From assembly GCA_963842085.1 (NCBI GenBank), contig CAWJET010000002.1, positions 1,280,001 to 1,344,000 on the forward strand: a stretch of DNA of 64,000 bases, given 5' to 3'. Numbering within the stretch: the first letter of the stretch is position 1; each line of letters begins with the position of its first letter. Under the pieces are notes generated by a model, which ran no database searches, was not told the DNA's origin, and worked only from the letters and a program-made list of their open reading frames with translations. Of this stretch, positions 51,507 to 61,731 are shown piece after piece. The position numbers and the translations under genes were made by a program. Origin of the DNA: an uncultured delta proteobacterium (lineage in GTDB: Bacteria > Desulfobacterota > Binatia > Binatales > Binataceae).

Positions 51507-52346
51507 TCAAAGTTCCGTGCGCTCGGCGGCGGCAGCCTGCCTCAAGCGAATCTCAACTGTCTCGGCGAGCGCACGGTAGAGAAACCGGGGGCCGTCGAGC
51601 AGGTCGCGCCGCCACAGCTTTGCTGGTTCCATAGCAAGCCGCCACAGCCACTCGAGACCAGCGCCGCCAACCCATCCAGGCGCCCGTCTCACCTGTCCGC
51701 TGACAAGGCGTAACGCTGCTCCAACCCCGACAACCACCGGAACCCGGAGCGCGTCTAGGTTTCGATGTATCCACCACTCCTGTTTTGGCAGGCCGAGGCC
51801 GACCCATAGCACGTGCGGACGTGCTTCGTTTATCTGCTCCACTATCGCCCGCTCTTCTTCGAGTTCCAACTCTCGGAAGGGCGGCGATAGGGTTCCAACT
51901 ACGCGATGGCCGGGATGCTGCCGCTCGAACCTCTCCTTCAGCGCGGCGAGCGTATCGTCGGTGTCGCCATAGAAAAAGCTCCGGTAGCCCGTCTGATTGG
52001 CGCGCGCGGCGAAGCGCACCAGCAATTCGGGCCCCGGAACCCGGCCCGGGAGCGGCATGCCGCGCAGCTGCGATATCCAGACCGGAGCAATCCCGTCGGG
52101 GCAGAAGAGATCCGCAGAGTTGAGCACGTCGCGCAGCCGCGGGTTCCTGTGTGCCTCCCAGATTCCATGAAATCCCGTGGCGACGACGAAGCGGCAGCGC
52201 TCCTCGGATAGTTCGATCCAGCGCTCGATGCGATTCAGCGCTTCATCGATAGTCACCCTGGAAACCGAGCTTCCCAGAATTTCGATCGACGGGGGTCGCT
52301 CTGGGCACTCGGCTCGGGACGTTTCGCTGCTGGCGATGGAACTCAT
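51507..52346 (-). CDS. WecB/TagA/CpsF glycosyltransferase
   Basis: PDG, RVPGPEL, SPPFR, VGLGLPKQE, GLEWLWRL..EP.KLWRR. Confidence 0.93.
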   Translation of the reverse strand: MSSIASSETSRAECPERPPSIEILGSSVSRVTIDEALNRIERWIELSEERCRFVVATGFHGIWEAHRNPRLRDVLNSADLFCPDGIAPVWISQLRGMPLPGRVPGPELLVRFAARANQTGYRSFFYGDTDDTLAALKERFERQHPGHRVVGTLSPPFRELELEEERAIVEQINEARPHVLWVGLGLPKQEWWIHRNLDALRVPVVVGVGAALRLVSGQVRRAPGWVGGAGLEWLWRLAMEPAKLWRRDLLDGPRFLYRALAETVEIRLRQAAAAERTEL

Positions 52347-52447
52347 CCGTCGTCAGCTCCGTGAGACAATGCGAAAGTCTTTCGGTATAGGCACTGACAA
52401 CAGAACCTTACCCGATGCGGTCGACGCGAAGTTTCTTATCCCAATCA

Positions 52448-53824
52448 TCAGCGGTAGGCTCGCGCATCGAATGCAACCGATGCGGCGCCGCGGGTCGTTG
52501 CCAAAGTCTCCGCTGCTTCGCTGGCATTTCGAAGATTCGCGGCACGAATCAATACTCCGAGGTACACCATGGCCGGCAGCTGCAGCATCAGGTCTACACT
52601 GAACAACGCGGCTGTATTCTCGGGAATGGTCCGGAGTGTGAAGAAGACCATCAAACCGGCCACCTGCGCGAACAGCATCGAATCATCCACCGGCACGATA
52701 TCCGGCCGCCATAGCGCGCGCGCAAGATACACGAGGGCGATGGCAAATCCCAGCGTCCAAGCGCCGCCACCGAGAAACCCTCCGCAGAGCAACGCATACA
52801 ATACGCCGTTCTGTGCATTGGCGAAGATAATCCGGCGGTCCCCCTGGGGCCCATAGCCGATGATCGGCGCGCGCAGGATGGCAAGCCAGGCATCCTGGAA
52901 AATATCGGTCCGCCCGGTCATCCGCATCAGATTGAGGTCGTGGCGCGTTGCATGGCGCCAGATGTAGTGCAGTGTTTCGTGCGACACGAAATTCAAGCTG
53001 ACTGAGCCGGCAGTCAGCACCAGCGCCAGAATACCGATCGTGCGTGCGCGTCCTCCCAGCAGCAGCATCACAACTCCCAATGCTGCCACGAATCCCACTA
53101 GCGATCCGCGCGACTGCATCACCCAAACTAACCACGCGCATCCGGCGAACAGCGCAAGCCACGTGACCCGGGTCCATCGCTCGGCCCGCCACATCGCTGC
53201 GCATGCAACGATTGCAACCGCACCCCCGAAGCGTGAAATCCCGGTTGGACGCAGCATCGCCATTCCGGCAACCGTCCGCATCCTCACGTTCACGCCATAG
53301 CCGGTTAGTCCCTCCCCTGTATCCTCTAAGAGATGGCCCCGGGAAACGTAAACGACGATCGCGAGAATCACGACGGCCGCGATCCAGCTCAGGCGGTTGA
53401 GTGATGCCGCGCCGGCAACCTCGCCGCCGCATTCTGCCAGGTACATTTCGCCCGCGCCCAGCGTCGCGATGAATGCGAGCCCCCAATAACCCGACGCAAA
53501 CCAGTTCTCCACCCCAATGCTCGCGACGAGACAGACAACCGCGTAAAAGAACCACAGCCACTCGGGCAGGGTCGGCTCGCGCATCCGGGTGTCGCTCCGG
53601 GCCAGCAAATGAAGAATCCAAATCGGCAGGACCACGAGCGGAAGCGTTGCGCGGACGCCGTTGAACGCGCCGGTCCATCCGCTCAGGATGCGGTTGAGAT
53701 CAATATCCCAAGGACTCGTGTTAATCGATCCCCAGAGCGCAAGCCAACACAGCGTAGGAACGACCGGGAGCATGATTCCGGCGACACTGTGCGGAGATCG
53801 GGTTGCTGACGGCGATCGCATCAT
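52448..53824 (-). CDS. O-antigen ligase/Wzy-like polymerase
   Basis: Many TMs, QSRG, MTGRTDIF..AW..PIIGYG, AQNGVL. Confidence 0.82.
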   Translation of the reverse strand: MMRSPSATRSPHSVAGIMLPVVPTLCWLALWGSINTSPWDIDLNRILSGWTGAFNGVRATLPLVVLPIWILHLLARSDTRMREPTLPEWLWFFYAVVCLVASIGVENWFASGYWGLAFIATLGAGEMYLAECGGEVAGAASLNRLSWIAAVVILAIVVYVSRGHLLEDTGEGLTGYGVNVRMRTVAGMAMLRPTGISRFGGAVAIVACAAMWRAERWTRVTWLALFAGCAWLVWVMQSRGSLVGFVAALGVVMLLLGGRARTIGILALVLTAGSVSLNFVSHETLHYIWRHATRHDLNLMRMTGRTDIFQDAWLAILRAPIIGYGPQGDRRIIFANAQNGVLYALLCGGFLGGGAWTLGFAIALVYLARALWRPDIVPVDDSMLFAQVAGLMVFFTLRTIPENTAALFSVDLMLQLPAMVYLGVLIRAANLRNASEAAETLATTRGAASVAFDARAYR

Positions 53825-55152
53825 AGAGGGTCGACCGCAGCCTCAGTTCTGGCGCGCGCCGAGTCGCTACGGGAGACGTTGCCAGCATTGACCCGAGCGT
53901 CATGATGCTGCAGCGCCTCGCGATAGACCCGCTCGATCGCCTCGGCCTTAGCCTCCGGCGAATAATCGCGCGCCCGGCTCAATGCTCCCGCGGCAAGCCT
54001 CTGGCGCCGCTCTTCGTCGGACGCAAGGTCGGCAACAGCGCCCGCAAGGCGTCGTTCGAATTCGTCCACGGAGTGAATGGGCAGCTTGATACCGCACTCG
54101 TCAGAGACCACGTCCGAAAATCCGCAATGGTCTGGGCAGATAACGGGAACCCCTTGTGCGAGAGCTTCGATGATCACCGTCGAGGTCAGATCCTTGAGAC
54201 TGGTGATGACGAACGCATGGGCGCGCCGCAGTCCGCTCAACACCTCATCGCGTGGGACCTCTCCGCGCCAGGTGCATCGATCATCGATCCCAAGACGCGA
54301 AGCCAATTTCTGCCAGCCGCTGCGGCAGGGACCGTCGCCCCAAATCTCCAGGCGCCAGTCGATGACCTCATGCATTGCGTGCAATGTATGCAGAAGCAAA
54401 TGAAGAGCCTTCCCGGGGAGATGACGTCCGCTCCATGCTATTCGGAGCGGTTCGCTGGGAGCGCGAATCGCGAATTCCGTCGCTGCCTCGAACGGGGCGC
54501 TCACCTCGGATATGACCTCGCTCGACACTCCATACCGGCGCAGAATTTCAGCCTGTATACCGGAAGTGGCCGCGATCACAGCGCTCGCGCGCCTGAATGC
54601 CTTGCGCGGTGCCCGCAAAAATCTTCTATGCCACGAGTTGACGACGTTTCTCGCCGCATAATAGGCGGCACCTTGAACGCCCATGGCTGGAACTAGCCGC
54701 CATGGGGTGTTCTCGAGGCCGCCTATCGGTCCCCACACGAACGGGACGCCGAGTTTCCACAGATAGCCCGGAAAACGGAACCCCACGTATGTAACCTGAT
54801 GGATGAGGTCGAAGCCTATTTCACGATGAAGCTGGGCGCCCAGAAGGAACGCGCCGCGCAACCATGACCGATAGGCCCAGTTCATCGCTGGCTTGACGAT
54901 GGAATTCTCGACCCGGATCCAGGCGGGGGTCGGCCGATAGTGCCACGGCTTCTCCTCGACGTAGACGAAGTGGAGACGGTCGCGCATTTCAGGTTCGCGG
55001 CGAATGGCGGCGTCGAGATCGCGCCGACGATACCCGGCGGTAAGCACCCACACCTCGTGATTCCGCGCGATCGCGTTCACCCAGCCCCAGCCAACGCCTT
55101 CTTCCGAGCCATGAAAAGGGTCACAGGCGTATGCGGTCGCGAGGATTTTCAC
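53821..55152 (-). CDS. GT4 glycosyltransferase
   Basis: AYACDP..GSE.GVGW, TSTVIIEALAQGVPVIC. Confidence 0.9.
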   Translation of the reverse strand: MKILATAYACDPFHGSEEGVGWGWVNAIARNHEVWVLTAGYRRRDLDAAIRREPEMRDRLHFVYVEEKPWHYRPTPAWIRVENSIVKPAMNWAYRSWLRGAFLLGAQLHREIGFDLIHQVTYVGFRFPGYLWKLGVPFVWGPIGGLENTPWRLVPAMGVQGAAYYAARNVVNSWHRRFLRAPRKAFRRASAVIAATSGIQAEILRRYGVSSEVISEVSAPFEAATEFAIRAPSEPLRIAWSGRHLPGKALHLLLHTLHAMHEVIDWRLEIWGDGPCRSGWQKLASRLGIDDRCTWRGEVPRDEVLSGLRRAHAFVITSLKDLTSTVIIEALAQGVPVICPDHCGFSDVVSDECGIKLPIHSVDEFERRLAGAVADLASDEERRQRLAAGALSRARDYSPEAKAEAIERVYREALQHHDARVNAGNVSRSDSARARTEAAVDPL

Positions 55153-55250
55153 TGCCTCTGCTCACCGCCTGAGCAACGTCGCGTGGCACGGTTCTTTCGA
55201 TGGTTCAACACCATGTCAACTCCGAGCACGCGAGGTTGAACTGTCCAGAG

Positions 55251-56162
55251 TCATTTTCCCATCTTCTCGAAGTACGCGTTGAGTACCATCCCCGCATCAC
55301 ACCAGTCACTGAGTCTCATTGCAGCATAAGTTATTCTCCAGCCGACAGCACCAAGCGGGCGGACGCGGGCCAGACGTTCGATCCTCCGCCGTGGCACTTT
55401 TGACACTGTCTCGATGCGGCGCACGCTGAAGCCGTTTTTCGCAAACAACTCCGTGAGACCGCGCTGGCTGAAAAAGTTAAGGTGTTCGGGCGGACTTACG
55501 AACATATCGTTGGTGCCCTGAAGCCGTGACACGAGCGAGCCGAAGTGCGGCACCGCTATCGCCGCGATTCCGCCCGGCCGCAGCACCGTGTGAAGATTCC
55601 TCACCGTATCAAGCGGATGCGGCAAATGCTCCAGCACCTGGCTCAGTAGCGCGACGTCGTATGAACAGCACACTCGTTGCGCAAATGTGCGATCGAAGAA
55701 CCTTTTCTGCGGGCTGAACCCGTTAACTTCGGTGAACACGGCATGCGCGTTCTCATTGGGTTCTATCGCGCTCACCCGGAAACCACGCTTCGCCGCAACG
55801 TGCGAGAAGGTCCCATTGCCCGCCCCCACATCGAGGACGCTCCAGCCTTTGGCCAGTCGAACGCACCTGTTGATGATGGTTTCCGCGTCACCCCACGACG
55901 TCGGGTAGTATGCAGCGTCAATTGAGTCGGCGTCCTTACGAGTAGGCGACCCATAAGCGGGACTTGCATACAGGGCGGCTAGTTCGCTGTCGTCCGGCCG
56001 GGGCCATACGAATCCTGATCGGCATGATTGGCACCTCCAAACCGTGTACGTTCCGGACTCCGTAAGTTTGTCCTGCCAGAAGGTGGCGAGCCCTCCAGCG
56101 CAGAACAAACATCCCTCCGGGGTTGCGGAGTTGGAGCGGCACGACGTGTCACTTCTGGCCAT
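55251..56162 (-). CDS. Class I SAM methyltransferase with N-terminal Zn motif
   Basis: CLFC..CQSC, VLDVGAGNG, QVLEHL, PPEHLNFF. Confidence 0.88.
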   Translation of the reverse strand: MARSDTSCRSNSATPEGCLFCAGGLATFWQDKLTESGTYTVWRCQSCRSGFVWPRPDDSELAALYASPAYGSPTRKDADSIDAAYYPTSWGDAETIINRCVRLAKGWSVLDVGAGNGTFSHVAAKRGFRVSAIEPNENAHAVFTEVNGFSPQKRFFDRTFAQRVCCSYDVALLSQVLEHLPHPLDTVRNLHTVLRPGGIAAIAVPHFGSLVSRLQGTNDMFVSPPEHLNFFSQRGLTELFAKNGFSVRRIETVSKVPRRRIERLARVRPLGAVGWRITYAAMRLSDWCDAGMVLNAYFEKMGK

Positions 56163-56267
56163 CAGCAGGAGCCTTTCGGCAATATGCGAGATCTCAGCCC
56201 GCTAAGTGTCCGGTACATAATTTCGTCGGCCATTTCGACGCAGTTGCCCAGCGCGCGAGACGCCACA

Positions 56268-56579
56268 CTAGTGTCCTGAGTTAGAAGTCCGCGTAATAAA
56301 AATGGGAGTAATCGAGGCCCCTCTTGCCTCATCCTGAGCGCGTGAGCCGGAGCCCTGAGGCGAAGCCGAACGGGGAAGGATCTCGCACGGTCCTCCGGGC
56401 GTGTCGCTGGGCGTGGGGGGTCTGACGCGCGCGGGAGCGCGCGGGATCCTTCACGGAGTTTACCCTGGAGGCGCACTGCGGGCCCCTTCGCTGCGCTCAG
56501 GGCCTTCGGCTGCGCCGAAGGGTTCAGGATGACGGGGCACGGGTCGTTTTGTAAACCAATTTCCAACTCGCCACACTAG
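56268..56579. mobile_element. IS630-type MITE enclosing a REP-like palindrome
   Basis: Ends CTAGTGTCCTGAGTTAGAAG / CTAGTGTGGCGAGTTGGAAA; internal TCATCCTGAGC...GGATC...GATCCTTC...CAGGATGAC. Confidence 0.7.
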
Positions 56580-56582
56580 CAC

Positions 56583-57785
56583 TCACCGGTTTAACCCCGC
56601 TGCGCGCACGGCTTGGGGGCAAGCGCCCTGGTTAGGGGTCCTGCCAGCCATAAGCATGTCGTCCTCGAACTTGCGCACGATGGCGTCCCATGAGAATTTC
56701 GAGGCGGCCTTGAGGCGCCCCCGCTCGCACAAGCGGGCGACAGGATGGGGATTATCGAACAATTCCGAAATACGCCGGACGAATTCGTCCCCGTCGCGGG
56801 CGAAAAGAATATCTTCGCCATGCTTGAGCCCAAGGCCCTCGGCGGCTTTCTCCGTAGCCACAACCGGGATGCCGGCGGCCATCGCTTCGAGAATCTTGAG
56901 GCGCGTCCCGGAACCCCAGAAAATCGGCGCGACGGCGACACCACATGCCGCTACGAAGCCCGGAAATTCATCGTAAGGCAGGGAGCCCGCATTCCTGATC
57001 CACGGCTCGCGGTACGGAGCGCCGCCTCCCGTCAGCGCCAGTGTCGCCGACGGGTGCCTCTGCCGCAGCGCCGGCACCACGGACGTGACCAGGAAATCGA
57101 TCGCCTCGCGATTAGGAGGGAAGGCATAAAATCCCGCGAAGAGCAGCGTGCGGCTGTCGATCCCGTATTTCGCCCGCAGGCTCGCAATTGTTTGGCGATC
57201 GAGCGGGGCAAATCGTTCGGTGTCAACACCGTTGGGCAGCAGTATCGGCTTTACACCGTAGAGCCGGACAAAATGCGACTGATCGACTTCCGAAACTGCG
57301 GTGACCAGGTCGGCATCGCGAGCAAGCCGCCTCTCGGCGAGGCGTGTCAGGAGCGCGACGGCCCGGCCGTTGCGGATCGAGCGCAGGAGATACTCGACGG
57401 CGTGCGAGTGGTAAACGACTTTGGTTTGCGGAATCGCTCGCCGAATTCGCCGCAGCAGCATCCAGTGGTAAAACGCCCACGAGGCGCCTTCGAGAATCAC
57501 CACATCGGGTTCCGCCATGCGGATTTCCGCGATCATCCGATTGACGAAGCCCGGCAGCCGAATGAGTCTTTCGCGGCGCGATTCGGACGCGCCGGCGAGC
57601 GTCACAACCTCCACGCCATCTGCGGTAACGAAGCGCCCGTCGTGGCAGCCGAGCTGTACCAGCACGCTGGAACCGCTGGCGAATTTCGCGAGGTTATAGC
57701 TGACGCTCGCCGAGCCGTGTGCCGGCGGATAGCCCTGATAAAAGCAGCAGAAAACAATCTTCAAAATTCGCTCCTGCGTTACCAC
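56583..57785 (-). CDS. GT4 glycosyltransferase
   Basis: PNGVD, PNREAI, GSGTRLKILEAMAAGIPVV. Confidence 0.92.
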   Translation of the reverse strand: MVTQERILKIVFCCFYQGYPPAHGSASVSYNLAKFASGSSVLVQLGCHDGRFVTADGVEVVTLAGASESRRERLIRLPGFVNRMIAEIRMAEPDVVILEGASWAFYHWMLLRRIRRAIPQTKVVYHSHAVEYLLRSIRNGRAVALLTRLAERRLARDADLVTAVSEVDQSHFVRLYGVKPILLPNGVDTERFAPLDRQTIASLRAKYGIDSRTLLFAGFYAFPPNREAIDFLVTSVVPALRQRHPSATLALTGGGAPYREPWIRNAGSLPYDEFPGFVAACGVAVAPIFWGSGTRLKILEAMAAGIPVVATEKAAEGLGLKHGEDILFARDGDEFVRRISELFDNPHPVARLCERGRLKAASKFSWDAIVRKFEDDMLMAGRTPNQGACPQAVRAAGLNR

Positions 57786-58014
57786 CCGAGCGTTAGATTC
57801 GAAGTGATGCGAAGAGAGAAACTCAGTTCTTCATTAGGAGGAATTGCCCGCGAGTGACGCTCGGCGCCGACAAAGCGACCCGCCGCGTCTGAAGGCAGGC
57901 TATATTGCCGTCTATGTCTCAAAAGGATTCATACGGTGTTAACAGACCGCGGAAAAATGCCGAATAGTCATAAAACAAGAGGCTGGTCCATCAATGGCTC
58001 CCCAAGAGGACAAA

Positions 58015-58974
58015 TCATACGAATGCACAATACTTATGGGCAAAGTCATATGGCATCTGGAAGACCTCTCCTCCGCGTCGGTCCACTTCATCCCTCAAGT
58101 CTTCCGCGTAAGGGAAGGCGGCGCAGGATCCTTGGTAGGCTAGCAACAGTCCACGCGCTCCAAACCACCCAGAATCCGCGACCGCCATCTGTGCCGTCTT
58201 GTTGGATTCGCTCAACGCCCAAGTGGAGATGAACAGATCTCCCACAATGTCGCGTCGCGGCAACATCGACACCGGAAGAATATTGATCCGCCCCGGCAGC
58301 ACCGGGTGGCTCGGCAAAGTCACGGCGACGACGCTGTCCGGCCCGAGCACAGCGGACAGGTAATGCCATTGGATGGTGGCCATGATCGGCGTATCAAAGA
58401 TCACATAGGTCAGATCCCGGCGTCGCAAGCGGTGCCAGATACTGGCAAGCCCACCAAATCCCCCACCAAATTCAATAATCCTTGAGATGGTCGGGTCATA
58501 GGCATTGATTCGCCGATAACTGAGATATCGCAGCAGCATCCAGGCGTGCAAGATGCGTCCGGGCGATGTCATGTGCGCCCGGTCGCAAATCCGAGGATTA
58601 CCGACGAGATCCTCCTCCAGAAGCAGTTCGACCGGTTCCGATTCCGCGAAGGTCAGCACATCGGCCAAGTAAGGCTTCCAGATGGGCCTGATCGGATTTA
58701 GGCTCATCGTATGACAGAAGATCTCTTCATTAAGAAAGCCGACGGGCAAAGCAGGATTACAAAGGGTCACGAATCGATCGTTGAACTCTTGCCACGTATC
58801 CAGAATATACGGCGAGCAATCATTGCGCGCGAAGCTTGCATAGACTTCCTGGAAATCGTGGGAAAGGCTCCGAAAACGATCACCTTGTTCTCCCTTTCTC
58901 AAACCAAGCTCGGTATCCTGCGCATGAAGGAAATGTCGTCGAATCAGGTTCTTTATGTTTCTGCGGACACTCAT
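58015..58974 (-). CDS. Putative sugar O-methyltransferase
   Basis: IIEFGGGFGGLA, FISTWALSE; lies in the polysaccharide locus. Confidence 0.75.
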   Translation of the reverse strand: MSVRRNIKNLIRRHFLHAQDTELGLRKGEQGDRFRSLSHDFQEVYASFARNDCSPYILDTWQEFNDRFVTLCNPALPVGFLNEEIFCHTMSLNPIRPIWKPYLADVLTFAESEPVELLLEEDLVGNPRICDRAHMTSPGRILHAWMLLRYLSYRRINAYDPTISRIIEFGGGFGGLASIWHRLRRRDLTYVIFDTPIMATIQWHYLSAVLGPDSVVAVTLPSHPVLPGRINILPVSMLPRRDIVGDLFISTWALSESNKTAQMAVADSGWFGARGLLLAYQGSCAAFPYAEDLRDEVDRRGGEVFQMPYDFAHKYCAFV

Positions 58975-59023
58975 TTAGTCAGTTGAGGCCGGTCCTTGGT
59001 TGCAACAAGAAAAGAGATCGTTT

Positions 59024-60265
59024 TCACAGAGGTGCCTGTAATGAGCGCGCCGGGCCGCAAGCGGCCATTGAGGCGCCAGCCGACAGGCTGGATTTGGCGA
59101 GAAACTTTTCGACGGCGGCGCGGAAGTCGCGCATGAAGTTCTCGGCGGAAAACTTTTCGGCCTGCCGCCAGAGATGTTCCAAAAGGCTCGCCTGCAACGC
59201 CGGCCGGCTGAGCACCGCGCAGATCTTCTCCACGGCGTCATCCTCGTCGCGGTAGAGCAAGCTGTCGTGGTCAAGAATCTCCGCCGGTCCGCCCTCCGCC
59301 GGAGCAAACGTGATGCACCCGGCCTTGACCATCTCGGCCACCGCTATGCCGAACGCCTCGCCTTTGCGCGCGTGGATTCCATATCGACAGTCCGTAAGTA
59401 TTCGTAGCTTATCCTCGCCGGCGCGCGACCCTTCCAGCAACACCCATTCAGGATGCCCTAGAGCGAGCGAACCTATCCTCTTTGAGTATGGGGAGTTATC
59501 GAGCGGACCAATTATCCTGATCCGCACATTGTGCCCTCGGCTGCGAACGACGCCGACCATTCTGATCATTCGTTCGATTCTCTTTTCCGGCGAGATCCGA
59601 CCAATGCATGCGAAGTCATCGCTCCGACGTTCCCTCGGAACATCCGGAAACTCACCGGTAACCGGCTCATAAAGCACTTCCGAGGCGGCGCCGTACCTGT
59701 CGCGCAGTATTTGCGCGGTCCACTGCGAGTTGGCGAGAATCAGATCTTCTCCGGAGAAAAGATTGCGACTCGACGACATTTGAACTCTCCGGCCCAGCGC
59801 GAGATAAGCGCGCCGAAGCCAGAGATGGCGATGGAAGATGCCGCGGATCCCACTGGGAGCAGGATCGTGTTTCGTCCGCAGTTCCTCATCCCATGAGAAG
59901 TCGGAAATCCTGTGAATGCCGGGCGCTCCGAAATCGCAGAGATTGTAGCCGCTGATCAACATGTCATACTCGTCCGCGATCGAACGGACGGTGCGCTGGA
60001 AAAATGCGCCGCGGAGCGCGGCGGCACCGCTGAGGCGGGCGAGCAACGGAGGCGTCACCAACCTGCGGAGGGTGATTTCTTCTTCGCCAAGCGAGGTCCC
60101 GTAAAACTCGTTCATCGCTCCAAGGTTGAGCGTACTGCTGGTTACAATGGAGGTTTCGAAGTCGCGCTTGAGAGCCTCGGCTCCCCACATAACTGCAGCT
60201 TCAGATCCCCCGCCCCCCATCCCGGGATGGACGATGGCGACGGAAACTTTTCGGTGTTTAATCAA
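59024..60265 (-). CDS. GT4 glycosyltransferase (ALG11-like)
   Basis: HPGMGGGGSE, ANSQWT, GRISPEK, EAFGIAVAEMVKAG; start approximate. Confidence 0.88.
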   Translation of the reverse strand: MIKHRKVSVAIVHPGMGGGGSEAAVMWGAEALKRDFETSIVTSSTLNLGAMNEFYGTSLGEEEITLRRLVTPPLLARLSGAAALRGAFFQRTVRSIADEYDMLISGYNLCDFGAPGIHRISDFSWDEELRTKHDPAPSGIRGIFHRHLWLRRAYLALGRRVQMSSSRNLFSGEDLILANSQWTAQILRDRYGAASEVLYEPVTGEFPDVPRERRSDDFACIGRISPEKRIERMIRMVGVVRSRGHNVRIRIIGPLDNSPYSKRIGSLALGHPEWVLLEGSRAGEDKLRILTDCRYGIHARKGEAFGIAVAEMVKAGCITFAPAEGGPAEILDHDSLLYRDEDDAVEKICAVLSRPALQASLLEHLWRQAEKFSAENFMRDFRAAVEKFLAKSSLSAGASMAACGPARSLQAPL

Positions 60266-60334
60266 TGTTGGTTTGGTGCAAACCGCCGCACCGGGACCGC
60301 GTCGCCGGCGACACCCTGGAGAGGCATTTCCCAA

Positions 60335-60600
60335 TCACCGCAGTGTGCGTGTGATGGCGCCGCGCGTTGCCGGCATCGAGGCACACCCTGCGCGCCGCTC
60401 GCAAGCCACGGAGATCCGTATTTCGCGGGCGAGCAGTCGCTGGCGCCGAAAGATCGAAATCCCGGTTGAGGTCTTCGAGATCGATGGTGTTGGTCGCAAG
60501 GATCGAAATCTCGGAGCCGCCCTTCGGCGCTTCGAATGACGGTCAATTCGGACCCGCCGTGCCCGATCCGTGGATGCGCGATCGCCACCGACTGGCGCCC
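60335..60600 (-). pseudogene. Degenerate relic of a GT4 N-terminus paralogous to the adjacent gene
   Basis: SVAIAHPRIGHGGSELTVIRSAEGRLRDFD vs SVAIVHPGMGGGGSEAAVMWGAEALKRDFE. Confidence 0.6.
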
Positions 60601-60747
60601 GCGCAATGAGGAGGCCGCCGTGTTTTGGTGCAGGTGTGATTGCCGAAACATGTTGCCAACAGGTGTCGGCACCCATTCACACTACCGAAGCCACGCGCCC
60701 CATAGGCGGCCGCCCGAGCATCCGGCTGGAAGGTCAATTCGCTTGCA

Positions 60748-61731
60748 TTAATGAACGAAGATCAAGTCCTTGACCGCCGTGCGGATGCCGCTGGAAAACC
60801 GGTGATATCGGCGAGCGAAGAGTTCGTTTGCTATGTGCGGAATCCGGGCGATCCTGTTCTTGGGCAGCAGGTAGCGCGTGCGCCAGTGTTGCAAAAGCGC
60901 GGCGCGTAACTCCGACGGCGGAAGCCGCCTTGTCTCAGCTTTTTCCAAATGCTCGATCAGAACGGGCACTATCGGAAGCGCCCGCTTGTGACGCGCCTTC
61001 CACAAAGCCGCGAGCCTGACGCCGACCGAGGCGGTCGCATTTCCGCTGGTGTTGTGCTCGTGCTGGCGGAACGCAAGCAACGCGCGATCGACCAGCAATA
61101 TTCCGCCCGCACCCAGCAGCACGGCGGTCCAGACCAGATATCTGTCGAACCATCCCCGAAGGACCTGATCAGAGTCGGGTAGTGGGAGGACTACGTCGCG
61201 AGTCTTGGCTCGGATCGCAAGACAATTGGCCGCGGCTGGTATGGTCGGATTAAGTATCTGACTCCGTTCGAGCGCCGCGCGGTCGGTCCTGACGGCCTTG
61301 AAGTTGTAGACGTTCCAGACGGTCTCGCCCAGCGGCTTTAACGCAGCATCGACGATATCTGCATTGCACACGGCTACAGCGGCATGCGGAGAATTGGCTA
61401 GCGCATCTGTCATGATCCGGATTTTCTCAGGATACCAGACGTCATCACAGTCACAGAGGAAGATGATTTCGCCTGCGCACTTGAGCATAGCGCGCTCGAA
61501 GTTCCTGCTCACTCCGAGGTTCGAGTCGTTGATGAATAACCGCACCGGAAACGGGGCGCGAACAGCGAAGTCGCGGACGATCTCAACCGTGCGATCGGTC
61601 GAAGCGTTGTCGCTGACTACCAACTCATCAGGGGGTCGCGTCTGGCGAACTAAGCTATCGAGCTGCTCCCGTATGAAGCGCTCGCCGTTGTACACCGCCA
61701 TCGCAATAGAGATTTTCGATCCGGTGCTCAC
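60748..61731 (-). CDS. GT2 glycosyltransferase
   Basis: ISIAMAVYNGE, DNASTD, LCDCDDVW, RQH. Confidence 0.93.
   Translation of the reverse strand: MSTGSKISIAMAVYNGERFIREQLDSLVRQTRPPDELVVSDNASTDRTVEIVRDFAVRAPFPVRLFINDSNLGVSRNFERAMLKCAGEIIFLCDCDDVWYPEKIRIMTDALANSPHAAVAVCNADIVDAALKPLGETVWNVYNFKAVRTDRAALERSQILNPTIPAAANCLAIRAKTRDVVLPLPDSDQVLRGWFDRYLVWTAVLLGAGGILLVDRALLAFRQHEHNTSGNATASVGVRLAALWKARHKRALPIVPVLIEHLEKAETRRLPPSELRAALLQHWRTRYLLPKNRIARIPHIANELFARRYHRFSSGIRTAVKDLIFVH

Noticed and set aside
56162-56566. 134-aa CDS within the polysaccharide locus
   Set aside because: Coincides with the MITE/palindromic repeats; low-complexity translation.
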